DNA of 64,000 bases, from positions 3,189,957 through 3,253,956 of the forward strand of contig CAVNZM010000016.1 of the NCBI GenBank assembly GCA_963693365.1, written 5' to 3'. Position numbers and translations under genes: made by a program. Source of the DNA: Amoebidium appalachense. Taxonomy: Eukaryota > Protista > Ichthyosporea. Positions 12,557 through 46,136 of the stretch are shown here, piece by piece (the first letter of the stretch is position 1; each line of letters opens with the position of its first letter). The notes beneath the pieces are model-generated. The model saw only the letters and a program-made list of their open reading frames with translations, ran no database searches and was not told where the DNA came from.

Positions 12557-12917
12557 AAAGCTTAAGAAAGGCAAAGCTATTTCTACCAAATCAAATTAAT
12601 GGCCGAATCTAGTTAGGAGAAAATCTATCACAGAGAACCCCTCTATGTAGTGGGGGGTCTCTGCAGGAAATGTGTATATACACGTAAAAAGGCGCTAAGG
12701 TCTCTGGGGGGAGTACCCCCGTGAGCTAACCACATCTAATTAGGACACAATCCCTACTAGAGGTACCAGAGCAACGAGTACATCTATGTATTCATAAGAA
12801 ACCGATTACAACGTCAAGGTAAGACCCTTAAGCTTTAAATTTGCACATTGCGGCGCCCTGGGGGTTTACACACTTCTATCGATATCGCCGTGCTAGTGGG
12901 CCGGCAGCGTCGCCAAG

Positions 12918-12991
12918 AGGGGTCACCCGCAAGCTTAAGTTGCAAATATATGCAAATATATGCAAATATATGCAACTTGCGGGTGACCCCT
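12918..12991. mobile_element. 74-bp MITE-like element with 16-bp perfect TIRs and a 5-bp TSD
   Basis: CCAAG|AGGGGTCACCCGCAAG-CTTAAGT(TGCAAATATA)3TGCAA-CTTGCGGGTGACCCCT|CCAAG. Confidence 0.7.
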
Positions 12992-13884
12992 CCAAGTCTG
13001 ACCTGCTGCGTTTTACACTGTCTACTATATAAGAAAAGTGGTTATTTGACATCTATATCTCCTAACGATATACCGCATATACGAGACCGGCTAACTTGCC
13101 CTTTCTCAGCCCACCTAAACACGGAAGGTTCAACCCGTAACGTGAAAAGAAACCGATCTATAGTGGTTCTACAACCATCCATCCCCTCACTGTGGTCATG
13201 CCGTAATCTTTGGGGGGTCTTTGCCAATTCCAAATATAATTATCTACGACAGGGAGAGAAATCTCAGAAGATAGATATACGGGGGAGGGAACCGGGGCGG
13301 TGTGGAGCGTCCCCCCCTCTGCCCGGACCTCCATTGTTTTCCTTGATGTATCCATTAGCCGCTTTATTAGCCGCCTACGTTCGTGCTGGCCACGGACCAG
13401 TAAAAGCAGACTTACAGACCACAAACACGTACATGTGCACAAACCTGTACAGCACCAACGTGCAATTGCACATCACCAATTGCAATTGCATTCCGCGGCC
13501 GTGCCAACCTTCCTGCTCCCCAATTCGATTGATACAATGTACATGCACAGACACGCTTTCCTAGGATCCACAAACACGATATTCCCACCATGTGAAGTCA
13601 TCACACATTTCCGTGCCCGTAACCCTTTCCTCTTTTTAGCACCATTTCTTTCTACCTGAATGGAAAAGGGTATTGGGCCAGCCATAATACCCCCTCCGCC
13701 CCCCCCCCCCCCCCCCCCCCTCTGCCCCTTCCCCGGTCATTCGTTCATCTGGAATCTTCTCTGCTGTTGCCTGCTGTGCACGCGTGAACCCTCCCAACCA
13801 CGTGTTCAAATGTTGAAAGGCAGCACGTGGTGTGTGCCGAAATTCCTCCCACAGCCCCTTGCTGTGTGTGCATCCACAGTGTCC

Positions 13885-34488
<20,604 letters not shown>

Positions 34489-35183
34489 GGTGGAGGTCAG
34501 CGGTTGCTCCGCCGCCTGCCAAGAAACACACACGAAAACCTGACTCTTTGAGTTTGCTTGTAATAACTCTAAGCTTAGAATATGTGCAATCAGCCTTGAG
34601 TCTTCTCTGTGCCTGGCGGCAAACCTGATAATTATGTATATGCCTAGGGCTGACAATTCCTATGCATGTCCTTTTCAGTTGCAGGCAGCTGTGGTTTTGG
34701 AGAGAATTCAAATAATTACACGCGGGAGTTTCGATGACGGGATGATGGTGCCGTATTGAATTCAGGTGGTGACGCATGAGCCAATCAGTGCAGTAAGCGG
34801 TACCGTATTGATCAATACTTTAGCTAAACTTACGTAAGGTTCACTTAAACTTTGGCGGGAATTCGAAAACGCTTTGCGTTTTGAAGTCAGGACAGCTAGA
34901 AGGCCGTGTTGTGTTGTTTTGTCTTAGAAGTCACGGTTGTGCCAAGGGAATAGAGGGACAAAAACTCAGCGAAAAGGCACTCATATTCAATGATTCCTTT
35001 AGGGCACCACACTTACATTAGCTTGCTGGTGGGGTAGCACATAGCATTAGGCTGTCGGGGTTTTCACTTCTGCACCACTTTCTGCACCTTTGAGCCAAGC
35101 CAAAATTACCTCAGTTATGAGGCACGCGAACATTACCAAACAACCTTCTTAGTAAACTTTTTTATTCTTTTTTGAATGAAAAA
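34489..35183. promoter_or_regulatory. Divergent promoter region between MMS19 and the SAND/TDBD-like gene
   Basis: A repeat-free interval of about 700 bp between head-to-head ATGs. It contains CCAAT (34781), the palindromes GTATTGATCAATAC and CTTACGTAAG, and an E2F-like TTTGGCGGGA (34851). Confidence 0.55.
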
Positions 35184-37161
35184 ATGAGCGGGATTCAATG
35201 GACAAATGATGATGTGGACCGGCACTTGTTCGAAAATGCGGAGCTGCTAGGGCTTATCCACTCACCTCTTATAACAACAGAGGAGAGGGTGGTGTACATT
35301 AAGCGTTTGAGAGCGAACGTTTTGGCTCTGTCAGAGGTGGCCGGAATAGAACGTGAGTGCCCAGTGTCGTGTGTGTAACGAAAACTCTTTTGTGGGGGCC
35401 CATGTTAAAGGTTGATCGGGGTGTGTGTGTACGTGCTTGTATGTGTGTTGTGTGCTTGTGTGTGTGCGTGTGCGTGTGTGTGTGTGTGTCGGTGTGTCGG
35501 TGTGCGTGCGTGTGTACGTGTGCATGCACGTGTTTGCGTGTGTACGTGCCTGTGCGTGTGTGTGTTTGTACATGCTGCCCGACTGCATGTGCCTTTTTTC
35601 TACATTTCAGAGCTTTCCCCCTTTTGCGGAAAACAAGGATTTACCACCATACCAGGCTTCTCCATAACCTTCTCCATGCTCGGAGTTACTGCCATAGGCT
35701 GTATGCTTTTACCCTGCTCTCATGTTGTGCCCTTGCTAACAGGTCTATTCACTGCAGTCGAATTACAACACGGTAATTTCCCTGAGCGAGAAAGAGTCAG
35801 GAGGAGTATAGACCCCCGAGACTTGGAGGATGATAACGTGCCGCTGCTACAGTCCATACGCAGGCCTCATCCCCCCTCAGTGCAGGTACAAAGGTGTTTG
35901 TTTGGTTGTTTGTCGATGTGGTTCTGGGTTGTAGCGGCAATACTGCACACGAGCAGGTGCTCGAAAAGAGGAGAACGGGGGGGGGGGGGGGGGGGGGGGG
36001 GGAGTTACTGAGATAATGGGTTGTCCAGCTGTGTTTTATGAAGCAAATCCCCCCTTCCATCCTTCTCCCCCCCCCCTCCCCCTCCCCTCCTTCCCCTTTT
36101 TCCTCCCCTCCCCCCCCCCCCCCCCCCCCCCCCGCCTCCCCTCTCCTACCTCCTCGCCCCAATCCCTACTTTCCCTTGCCCCCTTCCCTGCCAGCCACCA
36201 CCAACGAAAACAAGTTAACACCTGTGTGAGGTACAACTAGTACCAAGGACAGACTCAAGCACTCTATACTGATAAAGGTATCTCTCACGAATGCATACGC
36301 TTGCATAACTCGTTGTCTAGTACAGCTCTAGGCCACTCCCACACAGCTGCTTTTGTGTGTGTTTTTGCAGGTGTTTTTCTTTTCCTTTTCCTTCTCCCCC
36401 CCCCCCCCCCCCCCCCCCCCCCCTTCTTTTTTTTTTCCCCAGGTGGACTGGGAAGGGGGGGGGGAAGGGGGGCTTGTGGTCGATGTGTTGCAGGATTGCA
36501 TGGTGGTTTTATTGCCATAAACAGAAATGCACATTCAAGCTTTTATTTGCTGCTCATTTGTTTTCCCCCCATCTCTCGTTTCAAACTACCCTAGGGTGTT
36601 GTGCACACACAGTCGGAGCCACGTAACCGGGCACCCCCGTCAACACGTCCCCCTCCCCCGCCTGCTGCACGTGAGCCCCCCCCACCCCCCGAACGCGAGG
36701 ACCCAACCCCTGAGGTGGTACGTAGCAGACCAAGCACGGCAGCAGGGCACAGGCCACCACCCTCGGGTGGGAGGAGTAGACAGGTGGTGGAGGGGCCATC
36801 TGGTAAACCATGGGAGGAGGAGCCTGGGGAGGTGCGTGTGCCCGTGGAATGCATAAAGGGGAACCAGTTGAAAGGGACGCTGCTGTTGACCAAAAAGGAC
36901 CAGCCGAGGTCCGGCCAGCTGACTTACAACCAGGAGATTAGATGTGATTGCTGCAACGAGCCGTTCGGGAGCAGGACAAACTGGCTCAAGCATAACAATG
37001 ACAAGACGGGACGCGTGCTGGAAAACATCATTGTTCCGAGAACGGGTCAGAACTTGAGGGATTTTGCTCATTCGGGAGAACCGGAGGCGGTTTATGTGTT
37101 GGCTGCAATGAACTTCAAGGAGGTCGTCAAGCAGCCGGCAGAGGAAGGGCCGGGTCAGTAG
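35184..37161 (+). CDS. Protein of about 311 aa with a Pro-rich linker and a C-terminal SAND/TDBD-like domain; exons 35184-35352, 35611-35700, 35758-35885, 36613-37161
   Basis: GT-AG introns are phase-consistent. The last exon encodes VRVPVECIKGNQLKGTLLL...QEIRCDCCNEPFGSRTNWLKHNNDKTGRVLENIIVPRTGQNLRDF. The domain call is by eye only. Confidence 0.6.
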
Positions 37162-37880
37162 AACCATTTTTTGGTTTGTTTTTTGTAGTGTGAATATGCG
37201 AATGAACATCTTGATGCGGTTGTCACTTGGGTTTGTAACATGTCTTTTCTACGGTTTGCCCTTGGTCTTGTGAGCGTGGCTTGAGTCTGTGAGGCCTATG
37301 TCTGCCCTCTTTTTGTTTAAGTTTTTGCAGCTTCTGTGTGAATACAGAGCAATAGTACCCCCCTGTTTGTGGCAAAACGGCAGTGTCCTAATTAGCAGCG
37401 AATCCAAGTGGCCACTGACTCGGTGCAGATAACCTGTTGGCCCGGTGATGGGCTTTAGTAGATGAATGCAAGAACATGTACATGAGCTCTTGTATACTCC
37501 ACACATTATGCTGCCTTCAGCAGCAGCAGCACCCCTTCTGGCTTCATCCTTCCCCCCACCTGCGTGCACAATCAAGTTCACCCCTCCCATGCATACGTAT
37601 ACTAATTAGCTATATCAGTGCCTGCCAGCTCTGCCTGCCCGGGTGTACCAACACTAGTACTTCAGCAAAGTTTACGAAGCTGTGATAATTATGAGTAAGC
37701 CGCTACACCATCTACCCGCTGCCCGTGGCCACGGAGGTGTTTGACCATTCTGTAAATAGGCCCAGGTGCCAGCAGCTAGAGGGGATTTAGGCCATAGAAT
37801 GTTGCGATGGTCATTTTGGTCAGATCAAGTTGTTCTGAGCTGCAGCTGCAGCTGCAGCCAGGGGGCCTGTGTTTTGGACA

Positions 37881-37900
37881 GTCACGTGACGATTACGTAA
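37881..37900. promoter_or_regulatory. Adjacent palindromic motifs GTCACGTGAC (E-box, CLEAR-like) and TTACGTAA (bZIP-like)
   Basis: Located 110-130 bp upstream of the ATG of the RCC1-repeat gene. Confidence 0.45.
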
Positions 37901-38010
37901 CACCTGGCCGGGCGTGGTTCTTCCGTTCTTCCTAACACAGGAAAAGGGAGTTTAAACTGGTCAGATAGGCGCAGTGTTTGCACCTTGCAAGAGGCCACCT
38001 ACACATCGCC

Positions 38011-40269
38011 ATGCTCGCAAGGGCTGCGAGCCTGCCGGCTGCGGCCCGTCTCCGTGCCTGCACGTACGCACACTTTTCTGGCCACACGCAGACACACCCA
38101 CACACGCGCACAGCATGCAAATGCCCGCTTGCGTGTATACCCTCAAGCTCTCTCCAGCTCTGCATGCGCGCATACACACAAACGGTCCCTACACGCAGAT
38201 ACTCTTTTGAAAAACATTTCAGCATCTGCACACACGCGTTGAAAAAACGTCAACGTGGCAGACACCCCTACCTGCCTTTCTGCTTCTAGGGTTTACGCAC
38301 AACATGGCTTGTACCCATCCACTATGTTCACAGCTGGCCGTTTTGTGTAGGCAGGCACAGAGGGTCTACTGTACATACTCAAGACACTCTGAAGTAACTG
38401 AGTGATTTTTTTTAACTTTTCTGGTTGTCCTGCAGGCACACGCCCGTGCAGGGTTGGCAACCGCAGCGGTACGTCTGGTCGTTTCTGGGCGGCAGTAAGG
38501 AGCAGCCACGGCCCCAGCAGAGGCCACAGCAGAAAGCGACCGTCTATGCCTGGTGCGTACGTTTTTTTTTTTTGTCTTTTTTTTTTTTTTTTTTTTGGTT
38601 GTTGGGGGGGGGGGGGGGGGGGGGGGGGGGGATGGAGATCTACCAGGGGTTGGGGCTGTGTTGACCGTGTTTTCTAGCCTGGGGGGGGGGGGGGGGGGGG
38701 GGGGTTTTGCAAAAAATGTTCGTTATGGGTGTGGATGTTTCTCCGTACATAACAAAGTGCTTGTTTATGGACGTCATTTGTGTTCTCGATGACATTTCAT
38801 AGGTTTTCCTGAACCTGGATCTAAGTAGAGAAGTTGCTTCAACTAGCAAATAAGCAGTGGATCTGAGCGTGTGTTGGTGTGAGCTTTTGTCTGTGTGTGT
38901 GTGTAGGGGTGGTGAGGGTGAGGGTGAGGGGGTGGGGTGGTGGTGGCGGGGGGGGGGGGAGGGGGAGGGGTCGAAGGGCAGGTAGACTTACACTTCTTTT
39001 TTTTTTTTTTTTTTCCCTCTCTCCTTCCAGGGGCAACGGCAGCGAGGGCCAGTGCGGCATAGGTCGGTGGGTGGTTGGGAAGGGGGGAAGAGGGGCGGGG
39101 AGGGGGGGGGGGGGGGGGGGGAGGACCCGGCTGGGGGGGGGGGGGGGGAGAAGGGGATGTGTGTGTGCGGAGGGGAGGGGGGAGGGGGGAGGGGGGGATG
39201 GTTGGCCCATGATACTAACCGGGGAAGGGGCCCATAGGGGACTGTGTATCGTACGCGGCTCCGCAGGGCGTACCTGCCTTAAATGGAAGGAGTGTGGTCT
39301 CTGTGGGCAGTGGGGTGGCCCACAATGTGGCTATCGTGGAGGCCCAGCTGGAGAGGGGGTCGGGCAGGGGCAACCTCTACGCTTGGTGGGTGGTAAGGTG
39401 TTTTTTTTTTTTTTTTTTTTTTTTTGGGGGGGGGGGGAGGGGATGGGAAGGGGAAGGGGAAGGGTGGAGGTGGGTGTGGTTGTAGGTGTGTGAGGGTGGG
39501 GGTTGGGGGGGGGGGGGGGGGGGGTACCGGAATAAAAAGGAGGCTTGGTCGGTGGTTTTTTTTACGGCATTTAAACTTTCGCTTCTTTTTGTTAGTTTTT
39601 TTATTGCTTTTTCCTTTTTTTTTTTTTTTTTTTTTTTTTGGGGGGGGGGGGGGGGAGAGACTAGAGAGGGGTACCATGGGGTGATTGTGTGTGTGTGTAT
39701 AGTTATGGCTGGTGGTAGCATGTGCACGGAGGGTTTGTGCCTTGGGTGTGTGACTCTTTCTGTAACCACTCTGGTGCTGTTGGTGAATTATGCTACCCGT
39801 TGATTTTCAGGTTTGTGTGCATTAGTCGTGCTGTTACCTAACCGCGGGGGGTGGGGGGGGGGGGGGGGGGGGGGGGGGGGCGGTGGGAAGGGGGTGATGG
39901 ATGGGGGGGTGAGGGGGGGGGGGGGGGGGGTTGTTTTAACAGTGAAAATGAATTGGACGGGTGCAGGGGGTCCAATGCATTCAGTCAGGTGGGCGGTGAG
40001 CACGTGTTCAATGCAAGGGCAACGGACGAGGCAGAGGTGAGTGTGTATTTTTTTTTTTTTTTTTTTTTTTTTGCTTGGGGGGGGGAGGGGGGGGGGGGGG
40101 GGGGATCTGGCAAGGGTGAGGGGATGAGGAGGAGGGTTGCATATGGGAAAAAGGGGGGAGGGTGGGCTGTCAGGGGGCATGTGGAGCCCCCCCAGGGGCA
40201 GGGGGAGGGGAGGGGATGCCTACATGCTTCTATTTTTCGTTGGTGTTGAAGGGCAAGGTGTGGGGGGAA

Positions 40270-40325
<56 letters not shown>

Positions 40326-41075
40326 GCACCTCTGCACGTGTTCTTACATACTCCACTGCAGGACGAGCAGAGCATGCCATTGATGCTGCCCGGGCTGGGG
40401 GGTGTTCGGTTCAGTCAGTGCGGGGCAGGTTACTTCCATAGTGTCGCATTGGGCCACCCGGTGGATGCACCAAACAGCCAGTATGGGTCGGTACGTGCAC
40501 ATGTATGCACACACATGCACACTGTACGTGCACACGTGTTTGCGCACACGTTTACACTGGACGTGTACATGCACACACATGCACACTGTACGTGTACATG
40601 CACGCACACACTGTACGTGTATATGCACACATATGCACACTGTACGTGTACATGCACACACATGCACACTGTACGTGTACATGCACGCACATGTACACTG
40701 TACGTGTACATGCACACACATGCTCACTGTACGTGTACATGCACACACATGCACACTGTACGTGTACATGCACACATATGCACTCTGTACGTGTACATGC
40801 ACACATATGCACACTGTACGTGTACATGCACACACATGCACGCTGTACGTGTACATGCACACACATTTACACTGTACGTGCACACATGCACACATATGCA
40901 CACTGTACGTGTATATGCGTTTGCACACACAAACACCGTGTATACCTGCTCGTACATGCGGCGCCACAGTGGGAAAGGAAAAATGAGAGGGAATTGTTGG
41001 GAGGAGAGTGGAAGCAGGTGGATGTGGGTTTGAAAGTGAAAAGATGCCGGGGGGATCTGGCCAATCTCATGCCCC

Positions 41076-41108
<33 letters not shown>

Positions 41109-41445
41109 CCCGCCTGCCCCGCCTCTCCTTTCATGCTTGGTATTTTGACTTGTGTATTTTTCGTTAGCCTTCTCATCCTTTTGCTTTCTTTTCTCTCTCC
41201 TTTTTTCCTGCCTTTTTTTTTTTTTTTTTTCTTTTTTTTCGTGTGTGTGGGGGAGTGGGGGGGGGTTTTGGGGGGGGGGGGGGGGTTAACTGACAAATAC
41301 TGGTTGCTGCAGGTGTACACGTGGGGGGCAGGCCTTCTGGGCCACGGCTCAGACTTTTTTGACGGTCGCCCGCAGGTGTGTGCTGCAGATTGCTGCTTAT
41401 TTTACTTTTTTTCTTTTTTTTTCGTGACCTTTTTATTTTTTTTTC

Positions 41446-41485
<40 letters not shown>

Positions 41486-42290
41486 TTTTTTGGGGGGGGG
41501 GAGGGGGGGTTGTTGGAATGCAAGGGTTGGGGAAAAGGGGGAGGGGGGGATGGGGGATGGGGGGCTGGGGGAAGGAGGGGGGGGGGGGGGGATGGGGGGA
41601 GCCTGACGGTCTGGGGCCACAGATCATCAAGCGGCTGGAGCACAGCTGTGTGACACATGTGGCTGCTGGGGGCTACCACACAGTTGCATGCACACGTACG
41701 TGGAGCGTGTGTGTGTGTCTGTGTGTGTGTCTTGGAGGGGGGGGAGGGAGGGGTCGTGTGTTTCTGTATGTGTAAGAGTGTGTGTGTGTGTTTCTGTGGG
41801 TGGGTGGGTGGGTGGGTGTGGGTGTGTCTGTGTGTCTGTGTCCGTTTGCAATCGAGCATGTGTGTAACTGTGTCTGTGTGTTGGTGTGTCTGTATCGGTG
41901 TGTGCCTGCGCCTGTGTCTGTGTCTGTGTGTATGTGCAAGAGCCTGTGCATGAACTGGAACATGACCTTTATTTTCCATTTTTTTCCTTTTTTTCTTTAC
42001 CCATTGTGTTTCATTTTCAATGTGGTTGTCTCCCCCCCCCCCCCCCCCCCCCCCTTCTTTTTGCTTTTGGTGTGATCATCCGCATGTCTTTTGGATTCAT
42101 CGGGGTGTGTGTGTTTTGGGGGGGGGGGGGGGGAGGGGAGGGGGGGGGGGGGGGGGTTAGCTACTGACTGTGCATACAGCCACACAGGTGTTTGTTTGGG
42201 GCTGGCTTACTGCTGGCCCAGGCAGCCATTTAAAGGTGGGTGCCTGTGTAAAAGCATGTGGTGTGTGTGTTTGTGCGTGGAGGTGTGGCT

Positions 42291-42327
<37 letters not shown>

Positions 42328-42430
42328 CGGACAAGGAGAAGACGTGACACGGCACAAATCACAATGGCTCACTAAGGAAAATGCATTTTCTTTGGGTAAA
42401 GATGATCAAACACAAAGAGGTGCAACATCA

Positions 42431-42465
<35 letters not shown>

Positions 42466-42962
42466 AGGGGGAAGGGGAGGGGAGAGGGGGGGGGGGGGGG
42501 AGAGGGAGGGGAGAGGGGGGGGGGGGGGGGGGGGGGGGGGTCCCTCTGTATTCAGATGGATGGGGCTTGGTCGATTGGTGTATGTTATCATGTTATGGTG
42601 CGATTGGAATGGTTTGTGCACGGGTAAGTGTGTGAGTTGTGGGGTTTCGGGTTAAGGTTATCCCTTGGTGCCAGTGTGTATGTGGAACAAACCCTACCCC
42701 TTTTTGCTCGGTTTTATTTTTAAAAAAAAAAAAAAAATTCCTTCTCTGTTCCCCCCCCTTTTTTTTTCCGTTGTTTTTTTTTACTTTACTGGTCGGACTT
42801 GGTCGGTTGCTTTGGGAATTAAGCAGCCCAATGCATCGACACTCTTCCTGCCCTCGTGGTATTGACTTGAACTGGAGAAAAAACCTGATACACAAACAAG
42901 ACCCTACTTTCCTGTACCTGATATAACCCTGAGGGAAGAAGCCGAGCAATAACCCTCCCCCC

Positions 42963-42997
<35 letters not shown>

Positions 42998-43386
42998 CCC
43001 CCCCCATTCATCCAACTACACCCGCGCACGCACCCACACAAAAAAAAGAAGAAGAACAAAAAGAAAGAAAGAAGGAAGGAAGGAAAGAGTAAAAAGAAAA
43101 GAAAGGAAAAGGAGGTAAAATTTTGTCTCGAGTATACCGGATATAACCCGTCCGGCAAAACTAACGCGAGCACTGTATGCAGCTTACGGACCCCGTCGCT
43201 TTGGATTTCTTTCACGACCGAAACACAACCCATGCAGCATGCGGCCTGTGGCACACATGCCTGCTCACACAGACAAACGACAATAGGCAAGAGGTGATAG
43301 CTCCCTCACATGCACACATGCATATGAACACACACACACACACGCACGCACGCACGCACACACACACGCATGCGCGCGCGCACACA

Positions 43387-43439
<53 letters not shown>

Positions 43440-44045
43440 CTTTGTCTCTTCTGTTCATTTACATTCATTGATATAGACCATACCCTGCCACCCCCACCAC
43501 CACCACCATCACCGCCTACTTATGGTCACGTGTATGCGCTTGCATACCTCTCCTTACCCTGGCACTTTTCTAGTTGATCCCATGTTTTCACCACCACACC
43601 TGATCCCTTCCATCTTACAAGTCTCGTTGTTTTTCTTTTCACTAATACAGGATGATAGATAGAGTGAACTCAACCGTTTTTATGCTTTTCATCATGGCTC
43701 GCATGCGCACGAACACGTCCTGAAAGTCACGTGTGCATGCGCGTGCAAGGCACAAACCATACGTTCACACACACACACACAGGTGCGCACATACGCATGG
43801 CTTTCTATTTACATTGGATTTAAAAGCTCGACAGGGTCACATACCACGCCCACGCCCCGTGTTTAGTCCAAGCTCATCCGCACATGTCACGTATAGACCT
43901 GTACAAACACACCACACCACTAACCTGTATGTACACACACGCAGGTGTACGTGTTTGGTGCCGCAGACACTCCGGCTGGTGACCGGCCATACTGCCCCTT
44001 CTACGACGCCCTGAGTCCTCAGGCAACCCCTCCCCCCCCTCCTCC

Positions 44046-44087
<42 letters not shown>

Positions 44088-44141
44088 CCCCTTTCCCCTT
44101 ACGGAGTCCCCTCGGCATCCCCCCCCCCCCCCCCCCCCCCC

Positions 44142-44188
<47 letters not shown>

Positions 44189-44501
44189 CCGTTTTCTCCC
44201 CCTCCTCCCCTGGGCATCTCCCTGCCCTTGATTTTTCCACGTTTTACCTGGCCATTCTCTTCTCTTGCGGCCCTTCTTCCTCACAACATCCAGCATCAAA
44301 AGGGAAAATGGTTTATCAGAAAGATATGTGAAATATGGATGTTCGTTACACCGACCCTTCCCGACACCCCGAAAGAGCATGAATGACCGAGCATTTCACT
44401 GCTGACCTCTTGTGTGTGTCTGTCCCTCTCTCCACCCGTCCTTGCTCACTTACTCACTCTCCCCCTTTCACTGGCCCTCGCGTGTGCGTGCCTGCTTGCC
44501 C

Positions 44502-44534
<33 letters not shown>

Positions 44535-44644
44535 AGCTCCCCTTCCTCCCCCACCCCCCGTCCCCTAATCCTATCCACATTTCTCCCATCTGCTCTCCTC
44601 CCCCCATCATGTTCCCCCATCCCTCCCCTGGAATGCTGCCCGTG

Positions 44645-44681
<37 letters not shown>

Positions 44682-46100
44682 CCCCTGGCCCCCCCTCCCC
44701 CTCTCTTCCCCAACACCACCACCACCACCACTAGGTAGTCCACTACAGAACCAAAGGGTGGTAGAGTGAATCTAACGGGAACACCAGAAAATTTTTTTAA
44801 AAAAAAGGTAAAATGATTTAATAGGAGCAACAAGAGAAAGAGGGGAAGGAAGAAACACTTACACCGTGTGCACAGGCGATTGAAGATCACGAGGCAGAGG
44901 ACACTGCAGCCGCGGTGACCCCCCGCTATGTGCCCCTGGGGGGGGTCAAGGGGACTGTGGTGGGGTTGGGTGCGGGGGTGGCATACACGGCACTACTTAC
45001 AGGTGCGTGGGTGTGTGGGGCAACATGGGGGGGGAGGGGGGGGGGGGGGGGGGGGGGGGAAGGGGAGGGGGGAGGGGGCAGGGGCAGGGGGACAGGGTTG
45101 TGTACGAACCGGTGAGGATGGAAAGGGCAAAAGAGGGCCCAGGGGGGAAGGTGGGGGGTGGGATGTGGTGATGGTGGGGGGAGAGGGGGGAGGGGGATGG
45201 CATGAAAAGTGACATGGAAGAAGTGGATTGGGTAAAACGGAACTTTTTCCTTCTTCTTCCTCCCCCGAAGGGAAAGGGGGGTTTTGCAAGGTGTGTACGT
45301 GGGTGTGGGGGGTGGAGGTGTGTGTGTGTGGGGGGGGGGGGGAGGTTGTTATTGACACAAGGGGACGGGGGGCACACAGATAAGGGTGGACTGTATGTAT
45401 TCGGCACAAACAAGGTACGAGGCAGGTTGCGTGTGTGTGCCATTGGTTCTCGGTTCCGTATTGGCCACGTGTGTTTGTTCATGCTAGGGGTGTGTGGGTT
45501 TTTCCCTCTCCTTTTGCTGTTGCCGCTGCCGTGCAAATGGGCCGTGTTTTTGCTTTTCCTCTTCCTTTTTGCAGGTGGTTCCGCTGTTTTTTGGTATGGT
45601 TGGGATGTTACGTGATTGCCCAGGCAGTCACGGTGTGGTCCACAGGCATTGTGTGGTGAGGGTTCACCAGAGCCAGTTCAAGTGGACATGCCAAACGGTG
45701 AGCCCGTCAGGTGGGTGCCATCCTTTTTTTTTTTTTTTTTTTTTTTTTTGGTGGGGGTGGGGGGGGGGGGGGGGGGGGGGGGGGAGGGGGGGGGGAGGGA
45801 GGGGGGTTCTTTTTTCTTTTTGTTGTGAGCAGTATGAGTTCAGAATGGCCGGTAGCAGCTTGGCAGAGTAAGGCTGAAGGCTGCAGTGGTGGCTTTTTTT
45901 GTGTGTGTGTGCTTGTGTACATGTGTGTGCAGTTCGTGTGTGTAATGATGGAGGGGCCTGGACGCTTGCACGTGCGCGTGCATGGTGGCATGTGTGCCCC
46001 TGAATGCGCGTTTGGGCTCGTGTGCATGCAAGGCACCCGTGTGTCCATGCCTCCTAGTGTGCTGCGTGCATGTGTAGTTTTGTGACTGTGTGTGTGTGGT

Positions 46101-46136
<36 letters not shown>

